From: Chrysemys picta bellii
Lineage: Eukaryota
Assembly (NCBI RefSeq): GCF_011386835.1
Contig: NC_088805.1
Location: 28,892,001-28,956,000 of the forward strand
Length of the DNA: 64,000 bases
Direction: 5' to 3'
Shown here: positions 51,591-61,618 of the stretch, piece after piece
How the letters are laid out: every line of letters starts with the position of its first letter
How positions within the stretch are numbered: position 1 is the first letter of the stretch
Position numbers and translations under genes: made by a program
Notes under the pieces: model-generated
The model's database searches: none
Told to the model about the DNA's origin: nothing
What the model saw: only the letters and a program-made list of their open reading frames with translations

Positions 51591-53237
51591 AGCTTGTTTC
51601 AAGGCATATTTGGGATCTTTCAAAGTAGTTGGAGCTGGAAAGGATTGTGTCTAGTGACATGTACCAATGTGCCCCAAATTTAAAGGAAATGACAAGATAC
51701 AATTAAAGCAAGTAAAACTGACAACATACAATGATTATTCAATAGTTTTTTGCATATTAAATTTTAATTCTAGAAAAATATTTTAAATAAGAAGATACTA
51801 TCAGTTTGATATGCAGGTACTAAAGAGTTACTATCGGATCCAGAAACAAAATGTCAGTAGCGTGATCTGGCATGCATAAGATTGACAGAATGATAGTCCT
51901 TGCAGTTCAGAAACGCTGGAATGAGTACACTTGGGATGCATTGCCATAGGCTGCTTCCAAGAGATGTAGTATGAACACACATTTAAACAAGTTTTCTTTA
52001 ACATTTGTATAAAAACAGTCTCTTGTTAATGCCTGGTATAGCAAACTGGGTGTTAAGTGATTGATGTCTACTACAGTTCCTCAGTGACTGCCTTTAAGGA
52101 CATTGGGCCCATAATAGAAAAGCTAAAAACCACTTAGGAGAGAGATATACACTCTCTCAATCCCACACCTTTCTGCCAACTTCTAGTGCTTAGTACATCA
52201 TTTTTTTTATGTTCTGCCTATCCCGCTTCTGTGATGTTTGTTTCCTCTCCCTTGCATACTCATCTCTCTAGTCACTTTGCAGTTTGGCTCTGTTGATCTA
52301 GGAGTTTTGCCTCTACTCTTTCTAGTGACATCTGCAAGTTTAATCACAAGTGAACGTGTGCCAAAGCAGCACTTACGTCAAGAGAGAGGAGACAGCCAAT
52401 TAGTTTAATCAAAAAAGTTTCTATAAATCTTCATGGCCAAATTCAGACCAACTAGGATTAAAAAAGGGCACACGCTACACAGCATCTAATGTTTATCACC
52501 TGGATGTTTTCTATAGAATGCAGTTTAAGAACCATTGTTTTCAGGGCATACTACAAATCCCTTTTATTTTTGTCGGCCTTCCCTTGACTTGTTTTTCCCT
52601 TTCCACGCTAATCTTTGCACCAGCAAACGAAGTGTTCTCTTTTGTTGGTGGGGTGGTCTGCTGATGGTTATTGGGTTTGCCTTTGTGCCAAATGCAGCTG
52701 GCATTATCCCAACTGTGTAGTTCAGTTGTTTGTATCTAGGTGGGTTTTTAATACTTTGCCTTTGGATACCTTCAGCAGGCACCTTATAAACTAGACAATC
52801 CAGCATGACTGATTTATCTACAGGTTTAGCAAGGGGAAGGATCAGGATTCAAGAAGTTTTCAAAGAACAACTATTTTTGATAAAGAATTATCTTATTTTA
52901 CAGCAATTGATGGGTCTGAGGCTCTCATTAATTCAATCTCTGATCATTCTTTACATGGCATTGTTCTCTTGCTGGAACCATTAAGGATGGGGACCATATT
53001 TAACAAGGTGATGCACACATGCCTGTGATGACGCAGCTGACAGTAACACTCTGCTTTTATATAAAAAAATGCTAACAGCTTAAATCCCTAATTATAATAG
53101 TAGTTGATCTTTAACAAAAATATTCAGAAAAAGACTAAGTAATTTCTTTCCCATAGTCATAGTCCTACTTTTGGACACAAACATTTTAATTCTCTGTTCA
53201 AGCATATAAGTCCCTCTAGCAAACAAAGAGAAAAGTA

Positions 53238-53361
53238 CACCTCTACCCCGATATAATGTGACCTGATACAACACGAATTTGGATATAATGCGGTAAAGCA
53301 GCGCTCCGGGGGGGCAGGGCTGCGCACTCCGGTGGATCAAAGCAAGTTTGATATAACGCGG
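53238..53361. mobile_element. Left half of a Tc1/mariner-type MITE interrupted by the Gypsy element
   Basis: TA followed by TIR CACCTCTACCCCGATA; homologous to the intact copy at 28519-28712. Confidence 0.88.
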
Positions 53362-54441
53362 TGTGACAATGCGGATCTGGCGGAACCCAACTGAGAGTGC
53401 CAACTCAGGACAAATTGCTCAAACAGGGCAGTTACAGCCCAAGGCTGGGGTTTCTTCCACCTCTAAGGCAAACCAAACCAGCCAGACTAGGAGGACTTCG
53501 GTCTCACCCCCTGGCTAACCGCAAGTCTCACAAGCAATCTCCTTAGACACCCCAGTTTCCCAGTATACCACCAGTGCCACTCGTTATGGGGACAAATGGT
53601 TATGAAAACCAATACCCCAGTAAGAAAAAGGTTCTCCTGATCCCAAAGGACCAAGCCCCAGACCCAGGTCAATATACAAGTTAGATCTTACCCACAAATC
53701 ACGCTGTTGCCAATCCTTTAGAATCTAAAATCTAAAGGTTTATTCATAAAAGGAAAAAGATAGAGACGAGAGTTAGAATTGGTTAAATGGAATCAATTAC
53801 ATACAGTAATGGCAAAGTTCTTGGTTCAGGCTTGCAGCAGCGATGGAATAAACTGCAGGTTCAAATCAAGTCTCTGGAACATCCCCCGCTGGGATGGGTC
53901 CTCAGTCCTTTGTTCAAAGCTTCAGCCTGTAGCAAAGTCCCTCCAGAGGTAAGAAGCAGGATTGAAGACAAGATGGAGATGAGGCATCAGCCTTATATAG
54001 TCTTTTCCAGGTGTAAGAACAGCAAATGGAGTCTGGAGTCACATGGGCCAGTCCCTGCATACTTTGCTGAGTTACAAGGCGTATCTGCCTTCTCTCAATG
54101 GGTCCATTGTATAGCTGATGGTCCTTTAATGGGCCATCAAGCAGGCTAGGCAGAGCTAACACCATGTTGTCTGGGATGTCACCCAGCAGCATAGCCTAAG
54201 TTTGAAATACAGACAGTATAGAGCCAGCCTAAGTTTGAAATACAGACAGTATAGAGCCAATATTCCTAACTTCAACTACAAAATTGATACATACATATAG
54301 ACCGCATAATTATAACCAGTAAACCATAACCTTGTCTTAGACACCCCATTTGACCCCCTTTACACAAGATCTGGGTGCCACTACAGGACCTTGGTTGCAA
54401 CAATGATCTATATGGTCCCAGAGTATATCAATAACGTCACA
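53362..54441 (-). repeat. 3' LTR (1080 bp); minus-strand TATATAA at 53993-53999 and AATAAA at 53739-53744
   Basis: Direct repeat of 59208-60287; preceded on the minus strand by a short G-run (putative PPT). Confidence 0.97.
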
Positions 54442-54496
54442 CCCCCAACGCAAAATTGATGCAGGAAGGGATGTCACAAACACCACTGACTGCATC

Positions 54497-57400
54497 CTAA
54501 GAGCTCTCCACTCTGGACAATGCATCAGCTACAATATTTTCCTTTCCCCTTATGTGGACTATATCCATTTCATACTCCTGAAGGGCTAAACTCCAACGCA
54601 GCAACCTGGAGTTGTTGCCCTTGGCCCTGTGCAGCCAGACCAGAGGGGCATGATCACTCAACACAGTGAATTTTTTATTGTACAAATAGGGCTTAAGTTG
54701 CTTGACAGCCCAGACAATGGCGTAACATTCCTTTTCAATGGTAGCGTAATTTTGCTCAGTGGGGGACAATTTCTTACTTAGATATGCCACGGGATGTCTC
54801 TTCCCTCCTTCCCCCTCTTGCATTAGCACCGCCCCCAGCCCAATATTGGAAGCGTCTGTACATAATAAAAAGGGCTTTTCAAAATCTGGGCTGGCCAAAA
54901 CAGGCTCCTTGGCCAAAGCGCTCTTTATGCTTTGAAAACCCTGCTCACAGGCCTCCGTCCATAGCACCCGGTCTGGTTTTTCCTTTTTCGTCAGGTCTGT
55001 GATGGGAGCAACAATGTCGCTGAATCCCTGCACAAATCTCCTGTAATAGTTGGCCAGACCAATGAAGGATTGGACCTGCTTTTTAGTTCTAGGGGTTGGC
55101 CAGTTTTTAATGGCCTCTACCTTTACAGGCTCTGGGCGCAGTTGCCCATTGCCCACCCTGTGCCCCAGGTAGGTCACCTCAGCAGCTCCCATTCTGCATT
55201 TAGAAACCTTAACCGTTAGATTGGCCTCCCTGAGCCGGTGCAGCACAATCCCTATGTGGTTCAGGTGATCTTGCCACGAACTGCTGAATACGGCCAGGTC
55301 GTCTATATAGGCCCTCGCAAAAGATTCTAATCCCCGTAGGACCTCATTTATAAGTCTCATGAACGTAGCCCCTGAATTTCGCATCACAAAGGGCAGCACT
55401 TTGAACTCATATAGGCCCGATTCCACTATGAAAGCGGATTTTCCTTGTGCCTCGGCATCTAGGGGTATTTGCCAGTACCCCTTAGTCAGGTCCAGGGTGC
55501 TTATAAACCTTGCCCCTCCCAGCGTATCCAGTAGATCCTCTATTCTGGGTGTGGGGTAAGGGTCAGGCTGGGTGATAGCATTTAGCTTCCTGTAATCCAC
55601 ACAAAACCTCATGGTCTTATCCTTTTTTGGCACCATCACAATGGGAGAGGCCCAGGGGCTCTGGGATCTGGTGATTATTCCCATTGTCAACATGCTCTCC
55701 ACCTCTTCCTGGATCTGTCTTTGCATCTCTCCCTTGGCCCTGTAAGCTCTGCTAGGGGCTGGGCGGGGACCCACCGTCTGAATGGAGTGTGTCATCCTAT
55801 CTGTGAGCCCTGGCCTATTGGAGAATGTTTGCTTGTGGTGTTTTAACAGCCTCAGCAGTTCCTTTCTTTGAGGGGGGGTTAAATCCTCCCCCATCTCAAT
55901 GCTCTCAAGAGGCGTCTCCTCCTGGCTTTCAGCAACCATGTCAATTAAAGGGGCAGATCCTGCCTCTTCCTCAGCATAACAGATTGTGTTCACATTTACC
56001 TCCCTTGCATGGTAGGCCTTCATTCTGTTCACATGCACTGTCTGCACACTTCCCTGGACCTGGGGCTTCCTCACATCATAGGTAACCTCATTAATCCTTT
56101 CCACTACCTCCATGGGTCCAGACCAAACATCTTTCATTTTGTTCTTCCTGACAGGATCTAGCACCAACACCATGTCCCCTATTTCAAACGCTCTCTCTTT
56201 AGCATCTCTGTCATACCAGGCTTTCTGCGTATCCTGGCTCTCTTTCAGATTCTGCTCAACCAACTTCATCATCTCCTGCAAACTCTCCTTGAATTGAGCC
56301 ACATACTCGGCCACCGGCTGCTCTGCCTCCTCCACATTACCTTCCCACGAGTCACGAACCAAATCTAGGGGCCCCCGGACCTGCCTCCCATAGAGCAGTT
56401 CAAAGGGAGCAAACCCTGTAGACTCTTGGGGCACACTCCTGTATGCATACAATAGATACGGCAGCATAACATCCCAGTCATTCTGGCGTCTATCCACATA
56501 CATTTTCAACATAGACTTCAGGGTTCCATTGAACCTCTCCACTAGACCATTAGTCTGGGGGTGGTAGGGAGCAGCTTTCAGGTGCTTCACCCCACATAAC
56601 TCCCACAACTGTTTGAAAACCACAGACATAAAGTTAGATCCACGGTCAGACAATATTTCCTTGGGAAAACCCACTCTGCTGAAAATAGAGAACAAGGCCA
56701 CTGCCACTGTCTCTGCCTCGATATTAGCCAAGGCTATAGCCTCCGGATATCTGGTAGCAAAATCTACCAACACCAGGATGTATTTCTTCCCATTTCTGGA
56801 AGGTTTAGGGAGTGGCCCCACAATATCCACAGCTACTCTGGCAAAAGCTTCCCCAATAATGGGCAGAGGCTGGAGGGGCACCTTGCTAGGCCCCCTTAAC
56901 CCCTTACGCTTCTGGCACAGCTCACAGCTCCTGCAGTAATCTCTCACCGACCCAAAAAGGTGAGGCCAGTAGAAATTCTGCTCTAGCCTGTCACACGTTT
57001 TGCCTACACCCAGATGTCCTGCAAAGGGACTATCATGAGCCAACTTCAACAAATCATTGCGGTAACTCTCAGGTACCACAAGCTGTTTGCGAGCTGTTGC
57101 TTGGGAATTCTTCCTTCCCCTAGGTGGTTCCCTATACAACAGCCCATCCTGCATAAAAAACCTGCCTCTCTCTTCACAGGCTGGGACCTGATTCTGAGCA
57201 TCATTCCTGGCCCTCTCTAGAGATACATCACTCTGCTGAGCCACAATGAATTCACTCTGGGTTTTGTTTGGATTCAGAATCATCTCTGATATTTCAGATA
57301 AACCCTCACCTGATCCATCTTGAGAGGCACTCTCTGTCTGGTTGCTGCCCCCCTCACTGCCATCAGTCCGGGTATCTGCCACAGCCCCAAATTCTTTCTG

Positions 57401-59089
57401 TGACCTGGTCACTACATTAACTTGGCCAGGCACCGCCAATATGTTATTTCCTACCAACACATCAGCCGGAATCAAATCCCGGACAGCAGCCTTCACATCC
57501 CCTTTAAAGCCATCCCACTCCAGGTGGATTCTAGCCATCGGCAGGTTCACCGAATACTCGGATAACGCCACTACCGTCACATACTCCCCCGGCAGCATGT
57601 CCTCCGGCTTCACCAGATGTCCCTTGACTATAGTTACATCCGAGCCAGTGTCTCGCCATCCCGTGCATTCAACATCATTGACCTTTGCCTCCATGATAAA
57701 CCTCTCACTCCCCTGCCATGCCTCAGTCCTGACATAACTGGTGAGCTTATCACCTCCTCCCATGCCACTGGAGACGATGGGGTTAACATTAGCTACTGCT
57801 GTGCTTGCACCTGAACTTAAGGTGGAGCTGTTGTGGCTTGGTTCAGCCTGAGTGCTCAGGGTAATGGAGTTGGCGTTTATCGTGGCATTTGGGGTTGCTG
57901 GCTTTGGGCTGCCCTTCAGGGTCGGGCAATCTGGTCTCATGTGGCCCAGCATACCACAGTGATAGCATGTAATCTGTTCCGTCCTGGGATGAGAGTTCCT
58001 ACCCTCCGGGCCCCCTTGAACTCCTCTAGAAGAGTCAGGGACAGATTTACTTTTAAATCCCTCCCTCCTCTTGAACTGGGGAGAATGGTGATTAGTTTTC
58101 CCCGGGGTTTTACACCCTTCTCGAGCCCTGTTTTGGGTATGGGCATCCGCAATCTCTGCTGCCCGTAGGACTGACTCAGGGTCCCTGTCACACACAGCTG
58201 CTCTCACATGGTCAGGCACAATATCTAAGAACTGTTCCAAAGTTATTAAATCCAGCAGTTTTTCAAAACTCCCATGAACCTTGGCTCCCACAACCCACTT
58301 TTTAACAAAACCCATCAGCTTATGAGCACATTCTACAAAAGTACAATCCTTAGGCATTTTAAACTCTCTAAACTTAACTCTGTAAGATTCAGGAGTAACC
58401 TTGAATCGCCTTAACACAGAATCTTTAAACTGCCCATAATCCAAGGCTTCTTGTTCCCCCAAGTCATTAAATACCTCCCTGGCTTTTCCAGTCAGTCTGG
58501 TCAGCAGGACAGGCATTCGCTGACCCTCAGGGATCTGGTACAGGTTGCAGAGGCGTTCAAAGGTAGACAAAAACTCCTCTATATCCTCAGTATCGTTGTA
58601 AATGGGACACATCCTTTCCCAGTTTTTCTCATGGCGTGGGGGAAGTGGAGTACCAGGTGGGGATGACTTTCTCCGCTCTTCCAGTACTTGGAGCTGAAGT
58701 CTGGCCGTCTCCTGTTCCATCTTGTGAGTCTCCTGCTCCATCCTGTGAGTCTCCTGCTCAGCAGCGAGCAGCTCTAGACGTCCCTTACGAGCTCTCTCTT
58801 CTCTCTCACTTTCCAATTCTGCTATTTTTTGCTTCTCCAGCAATCGAAGATCTGCTAGCTTCTGTTCATGCTCAAATTGCAGTTGACTTGTCACCCTTTG
58901 CATTCTAATTTTTTCTGCCTCTTCTGCAGCCTCAGGTAAGGGCTGTGCTCTTGCCCCCTGATCACTGGCTATTAACAGATTTCTCAGTTCCTGATTTGTA
59001 GCTTTCTTTCTAAAGCTTATCCTCTTTTCTGAACACAAATTTTCCAGGGCTTTTTTGCCAAGTCCCTCATATGCTCTTTGCTCAGCCAT
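54497..59089 (-). CDS. Gag-Pol polyprotein, 1530 aa: coiled coil, SCAN-like capsid, CCHC knuckle, aspartic protease (DTG), integrase (HHCC + DDE), RT (YIDD), RNase H
   Basis: Uninterrupted ORF; motifs CYHCGMLGHMRPDC, WRDTGS, HDSPFAGH..CRSCELC, VDIVGP, SDRGSNF, ERFNGTL, YIDD, TDAS..GLGAVL, ADALSR. Confidence 0.97.
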   Translation of the reverse strand: MAEQRAYEGLGKKALENLCSEKRISFRKKATNQELRNLLIASDQGARAQPLPEAAEEAEKIRMQRVTSQLQFEHEQKLADLRLLEKQKIAELESEREERARKGRLELLAAEQETHRMEQETHKMEQETARLQLQVLEERRKSSPPGTPLPPRHEKNWERMCPIYNDTEDIEEFLSTFERLCNLYQIPEGQRMPVLLTRLTGKAREVFNDLGEQEALDYGQFKDSVLRRFKVTPESYRVKFREFKMPKDCTFVECAHKLMGFVKKWVVGAKVHGSFEKLLDLITLEQFLDIVPDHVRAAVCDRDPESVLRAAEIADAHTQNRAREGCKTPGKTNHHSPQFKRREGFKSKSVPDSSRGVQGGPEGRNSHPRTEQITCYHCGMLGHMRPDCPTLKGSPKPATPNATINANSITLSTQAEPSHNSSTLSSGASTAVANVNPIVSSGMGGGDKLTSYVRTEAWQGSERFIMEAKVNDVECTGWRDTGSDVTIVKGHLVKPEDMLPGEYVTVVALSEYSVNLPMARIHLEWDGFKGDVKAAVRDLIPADVLVGNNILAVPGQVNVVTRSQKEFGAVADTRTDGSEGGSNQTESASQDGSGEGLSEISEMILNPNKTQSEFIVAQQSDVSLERARNDAQNQVPACEERGRFFMQDGLLYREPPRGRKNSQATARKQLVVPESYRNDLLKLAHDSPFAGHLGVGKTCDRLEQNFYWPHLFGSVRDYCRSCELCQKRKGLRGPSKVPLQPLPIIGEAFARVAVDIVGPLPKPSRNGKKYILVLVDFATRYPEAIALANIEAETVAVALFSIFSRVGFPKEILSDRGSNFMSVVFKQLWELCGVKHLKAAPYHPQTNGLVERFNGTLKSMLKMYVDRRQNDWDVMLPYLLYAYRSVPQESTGFAPFELLYGRQVRGPLDLVRDSWEGNVEEAEQPVAEYVAQFKESLQEMMKLVEQNLKESQDTQKAWYDRDAKERAFEIGDMVLVLDPVRKNKMKDVWSGPMEVVERINEVTYDVRKPQVQGSVQTVHVNRMKAYHAREVNVNTICYAEEEAGSAPLIDMVAESQEETPLESIEMGEDLTPPQRKELLRLLKHHKQTFSNRPGLTDRMTHSIQTVGPRPAPSRAYRAKGEMQRQIQEEVESMLTMGIITRSQSPWASPIVMVPKKDKTMRFCVDYRKLNAITQPDPYPTPRIEDLLDTLGGARFISTLDLTKGYWQIPLDAEAQGKSAFIVESGLYEFKVLPFVMRNSGATFMRLINEVLRGLESFARAYIDDLAVFSSSWQDHLNHIGIVLHRLREANLTVKVSKCRMGAAEVTYLGHRVGNGQLRPEPVKVEAIKNWPTPRTKKQVQSFIGLANYYRRFVQGFSDIVAPITDLTKKEKPDRVLWTEACEQGFQSIKSALAKEPVLASPDFEKPFLLCTDASNIGLGAVLMQEGEGGKRHPVAYLSKKLSPTEQNYATIEKECYAIVWAVKQLKPYLYNKKFTVLSDHAPLVWLHRAKGNNSRLLRWSLALQEYEMDIVHIRGKENIVADALSRVESS

Positions 59090-59195
59090 TGCAGCAGCTC
59101 TTTAACCAACAAAACTCTCAATCCCAAAATTCAAATTTGGACAGCGCGGGGTTCTGACCCAAAGCTTAATTGACCTGGTTCTGTGGATCCAAGCA

Positions 59196-59206
59196 CGACT
59201 ACGCCA
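59196..59206 (-). other. Primer-binding site TGGCGTAGTCG, complementary to the 3' end of tRNA-Ser
   Basis: 1 nt after the 5' LTR; matches 11 nt of the recalled vertebrate tRNA-Ser 3' end (...CGACTACGCCA). Confidence 0.8.
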
Positions 59207-59207
59207 C

Positions 59208-60287
59208 TGTGACAATGCGGATCTGGCGGAACCCAACTGAGAGTGCCAACTCAGGACAAATTGCTCAAACAGGGCAGTTACAGCCCAAGGCTGGGGTTTC
59301 TTCCACCTCTAAGGCAAACCAAACCAGCCAGACTAGGAGGACTTCGGTCTCACCCCCTGGCTAACCGCAAGTCTCACAAGCAATCTCCTTAGACACCCCA
59401 GTTTCCCAGTATACCACCAGTGCCACTCGTTATGGGGACAAATGGTTATGAAAACCAATACCCCAGTAAGAAAAAGGTTCTCCTGATCCCAAAGGACCAA
59501 GCCCCAGACCCAGGTCAATATACAAGTTAGATCTTACCCACAAATCACGCTGTTGCCAATCCTTTAGAATCTAAAATCTAAAGGTTTATTCATAAAAGGA
59601 AAAAGATAGAGACGAGAGTTAGAATTGGTTAAATGGAATCAATTACATACAGTAATGGCAAAGTTCTTGGTTCAGGCTTGCAGCAGCGATGGAATAAACT
59701 GCAGGTTCAAATCAAGTCTCTGGAACATCCCCCGCTGGGATGGGTCCTCAGTCCTTTGTTCAAAGCTTCAGCCTGTAGCAAAGTCCCTCCAGAGGTAAGA
59801 AGCAGGATTGAAGACAAGATGGAGATGAGGCATCAGCCTTATATAGTCTTTTCCAGGTGTAAGAACAGCAAATGGAGTCTGGAGTCACATGGGCCAGTCC
59901 CTGCATACTTTGCTGAGTTACAAGGCGTATCTGCCTTCTCTCAATGGGTCCATTGTATAGCTGATGGTCCTTTAATGGGCCATCAAGCAGGCTAGGCAGA
60001 GCTAACACCATGTTGTCTGGGATGTCACCCAGCAGCATAGCCTAAGTTTGAAATACAGACAGTATAGAGCCAGCCTAAGTTTGAAATACAGACAGTATAG
60101 AGCCAATATTCCTAACTTCAACTACAAAATTGATACATACATATAGACCGCATAATTATAACCAGTAAACCATAACCTTGTCTTAGACACCCCATTTGAC
60201 CCCCTTTACACAAGATCTGGGTGCCACTACAGGACCTTGGTTGCGACAATGATCTATATGGTCCCAGAGTATATCAATAACGTCACA
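59208..60287 (-). repeat. 5' LTR (1080 bp)
   Basis: Direct repeat of 53362-54441; one mismatch seen by eye (60245 G vs 54399 A). Confidence 0.97.
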
Positions 60288-60339
60288 CGCGGTAAGATTT
60301 TTTGGCTCCCGAGGATAGCGTTCTATCGGGGTAGAGGTG
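60288..60339. mobile_element. Right half of the interrupted Tc1/mariner-type MITE
   Basis: Ends TATCGGGGTAGAGGTG followed by TA. Confidence 0.88.
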
Positions 60340-60491
60340 TATATCCAGCAAGAAGACTAGCCAGTGAATCTAGTGTTTATTTTACATGAGGAACATCCCT
60401 CCCAAACCTGAATAAGATACCTACACAACAATGAACAAAAACAAAGCTATGTTTTAGAATTGGCAGGTGAGAAACTTCTATCTTTGACTCC

Positions 60492-60684
60492 TGTGGGTGA
60501 GAGAGAAAAGCTTTCCAGCCACACACAGCTCTTCAGGTCTGGGAAAGGTACTCCTAGAGCTGAAGAGCTGTGAGGCTTGAAAGCTTGTCTCTCTCACCAA
60601 CAGAAGTTGGTCCAATAAAGGTTATCTCACCCACCTTGTCTCTAATATCCTGGGACTGAGGCAGCTACAGCTGCACTGCATACA
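60492..60684. mobile_element. Penelope-like inverted-repeat remnant (second family) with 13-bp TSD
   Basis: tatctttgactcc at 60479-60491 and 60685-60697; internal inverted repeat. Confidence 0.8.
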
Positions 60685-60800
60685 TATCTTTGACTCCTTC
60701 ATTCTCTTTCCTCCCCCTCCCACCCCCCCATTGCCATATAGTATCTCATTGCTTGGAATTCCGTAAGTGGTTTACTAACTCCCACAGTGTACATTTCTTG

Positions 60801-61057
60801 AGGTATGTCTACACTATCATTTTTGTAATTCTTTCTTATGGTTGAACTACCATCAGTGCAGTTCCACTAATCATTGGAAATGGCGGAAGTACTCATGTGG
60901 ACCAGCCACCAGCGTTTAAAACCACCATGATGTCCTCCAGCTCAAAGGAGATGTAGGTGACAAAGATTAAAATGCCAGTGCCTAGTCTAAACTAGCATTT
61001 TAACTGTTGCTGCCACCAGTGGGCGATTTTAAGAAAAATGTTAATGTAGATAAGGCC
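60801..61057. mobile_element. Harbinger/PIF-like MITE
   Basis: TIRs plus ttg/ttg 3-bp TSD. Confidence 0.72.
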
Positions 61058-61618
61058 TTGAACAAAAGCTACAGAGTGACAAGCTTATTTTGCCAGCTAC
61101 AACCTCCCCCCCCCTTTTTTTTTTTGTTTTTTAATTAAAGTTAATCTCAGGAATGGACCATTTAAAGGAGCATGTTTTCTAGGAGGTGATTGTGGTCCAG
61201 CAGGGAGAGCACTAGGAGTCTGATCCGATTGTCATTAGAAAAAAAGGTGGAAAGACTTCCATTAATTTTAGTGCAAATTGAATTGGGCATAGGACTACAA
61301 ATCAGAAGATCTTGGGACTACTCCCAACTCTGCCAAGCAATTCACTGTTCACCCTTGGGCATGTCACTTCACCATCATTACTAACCCTTCTTCATAAAAG
61401 CGTTTTGATTAGCTACAGATAAAAAAAAATCTCAAGTATTATTACTAGAAGGTAGCAGTAGGTAAAGCAACAATTATTGCAAAGCTTATCTCCAGTATAG
61501 TTCTATAGGCATCATGATCTCAACACTTCTACAGAGCACGTGTGCATCTCAATGTAGATGACAGAGCCTCCTAACCTAGTCATGACTGCAATCCCACACC
61601 CCCGAAAGCAGTTACATA

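Larger units (their letters stand above)
53362..60287 (-). mobile_element. Full-length Gypsy (Ty3) LTR retrotransposon, Gmr1-like clade
   Basis: Two 1080-bp LTRs with TGTGAC...GTCACA ends, CGCGG flanking both sides, tRNA PBS, single gag-pol ORF with integrase before RT. Confidence 0.97.

Noticed and set aside
52200-52806. Short basic minus-strand ORFs (80 aa; 41 aa MSLEKSRG...) upstream of ATXN2, considered as the 3' end of the expected neighbour BRAP
   Set aside because: No similarity to the BRAP C-terminus as I recall it and no supporting exon chain.
53487-54192. ORFs inside the LTRs (61-120 aa, duplicated at 59333-60038)
   Set aside because: Duplicated only because the LTRs are near-identical; no recognisable protein, not env-like.
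54455-54496. Second TGTGACA heptamer and short hairpin between the pol stop and the 3' LTR
   Set aside because: LTR homology ends at 54441; the motif is too short to interpret.
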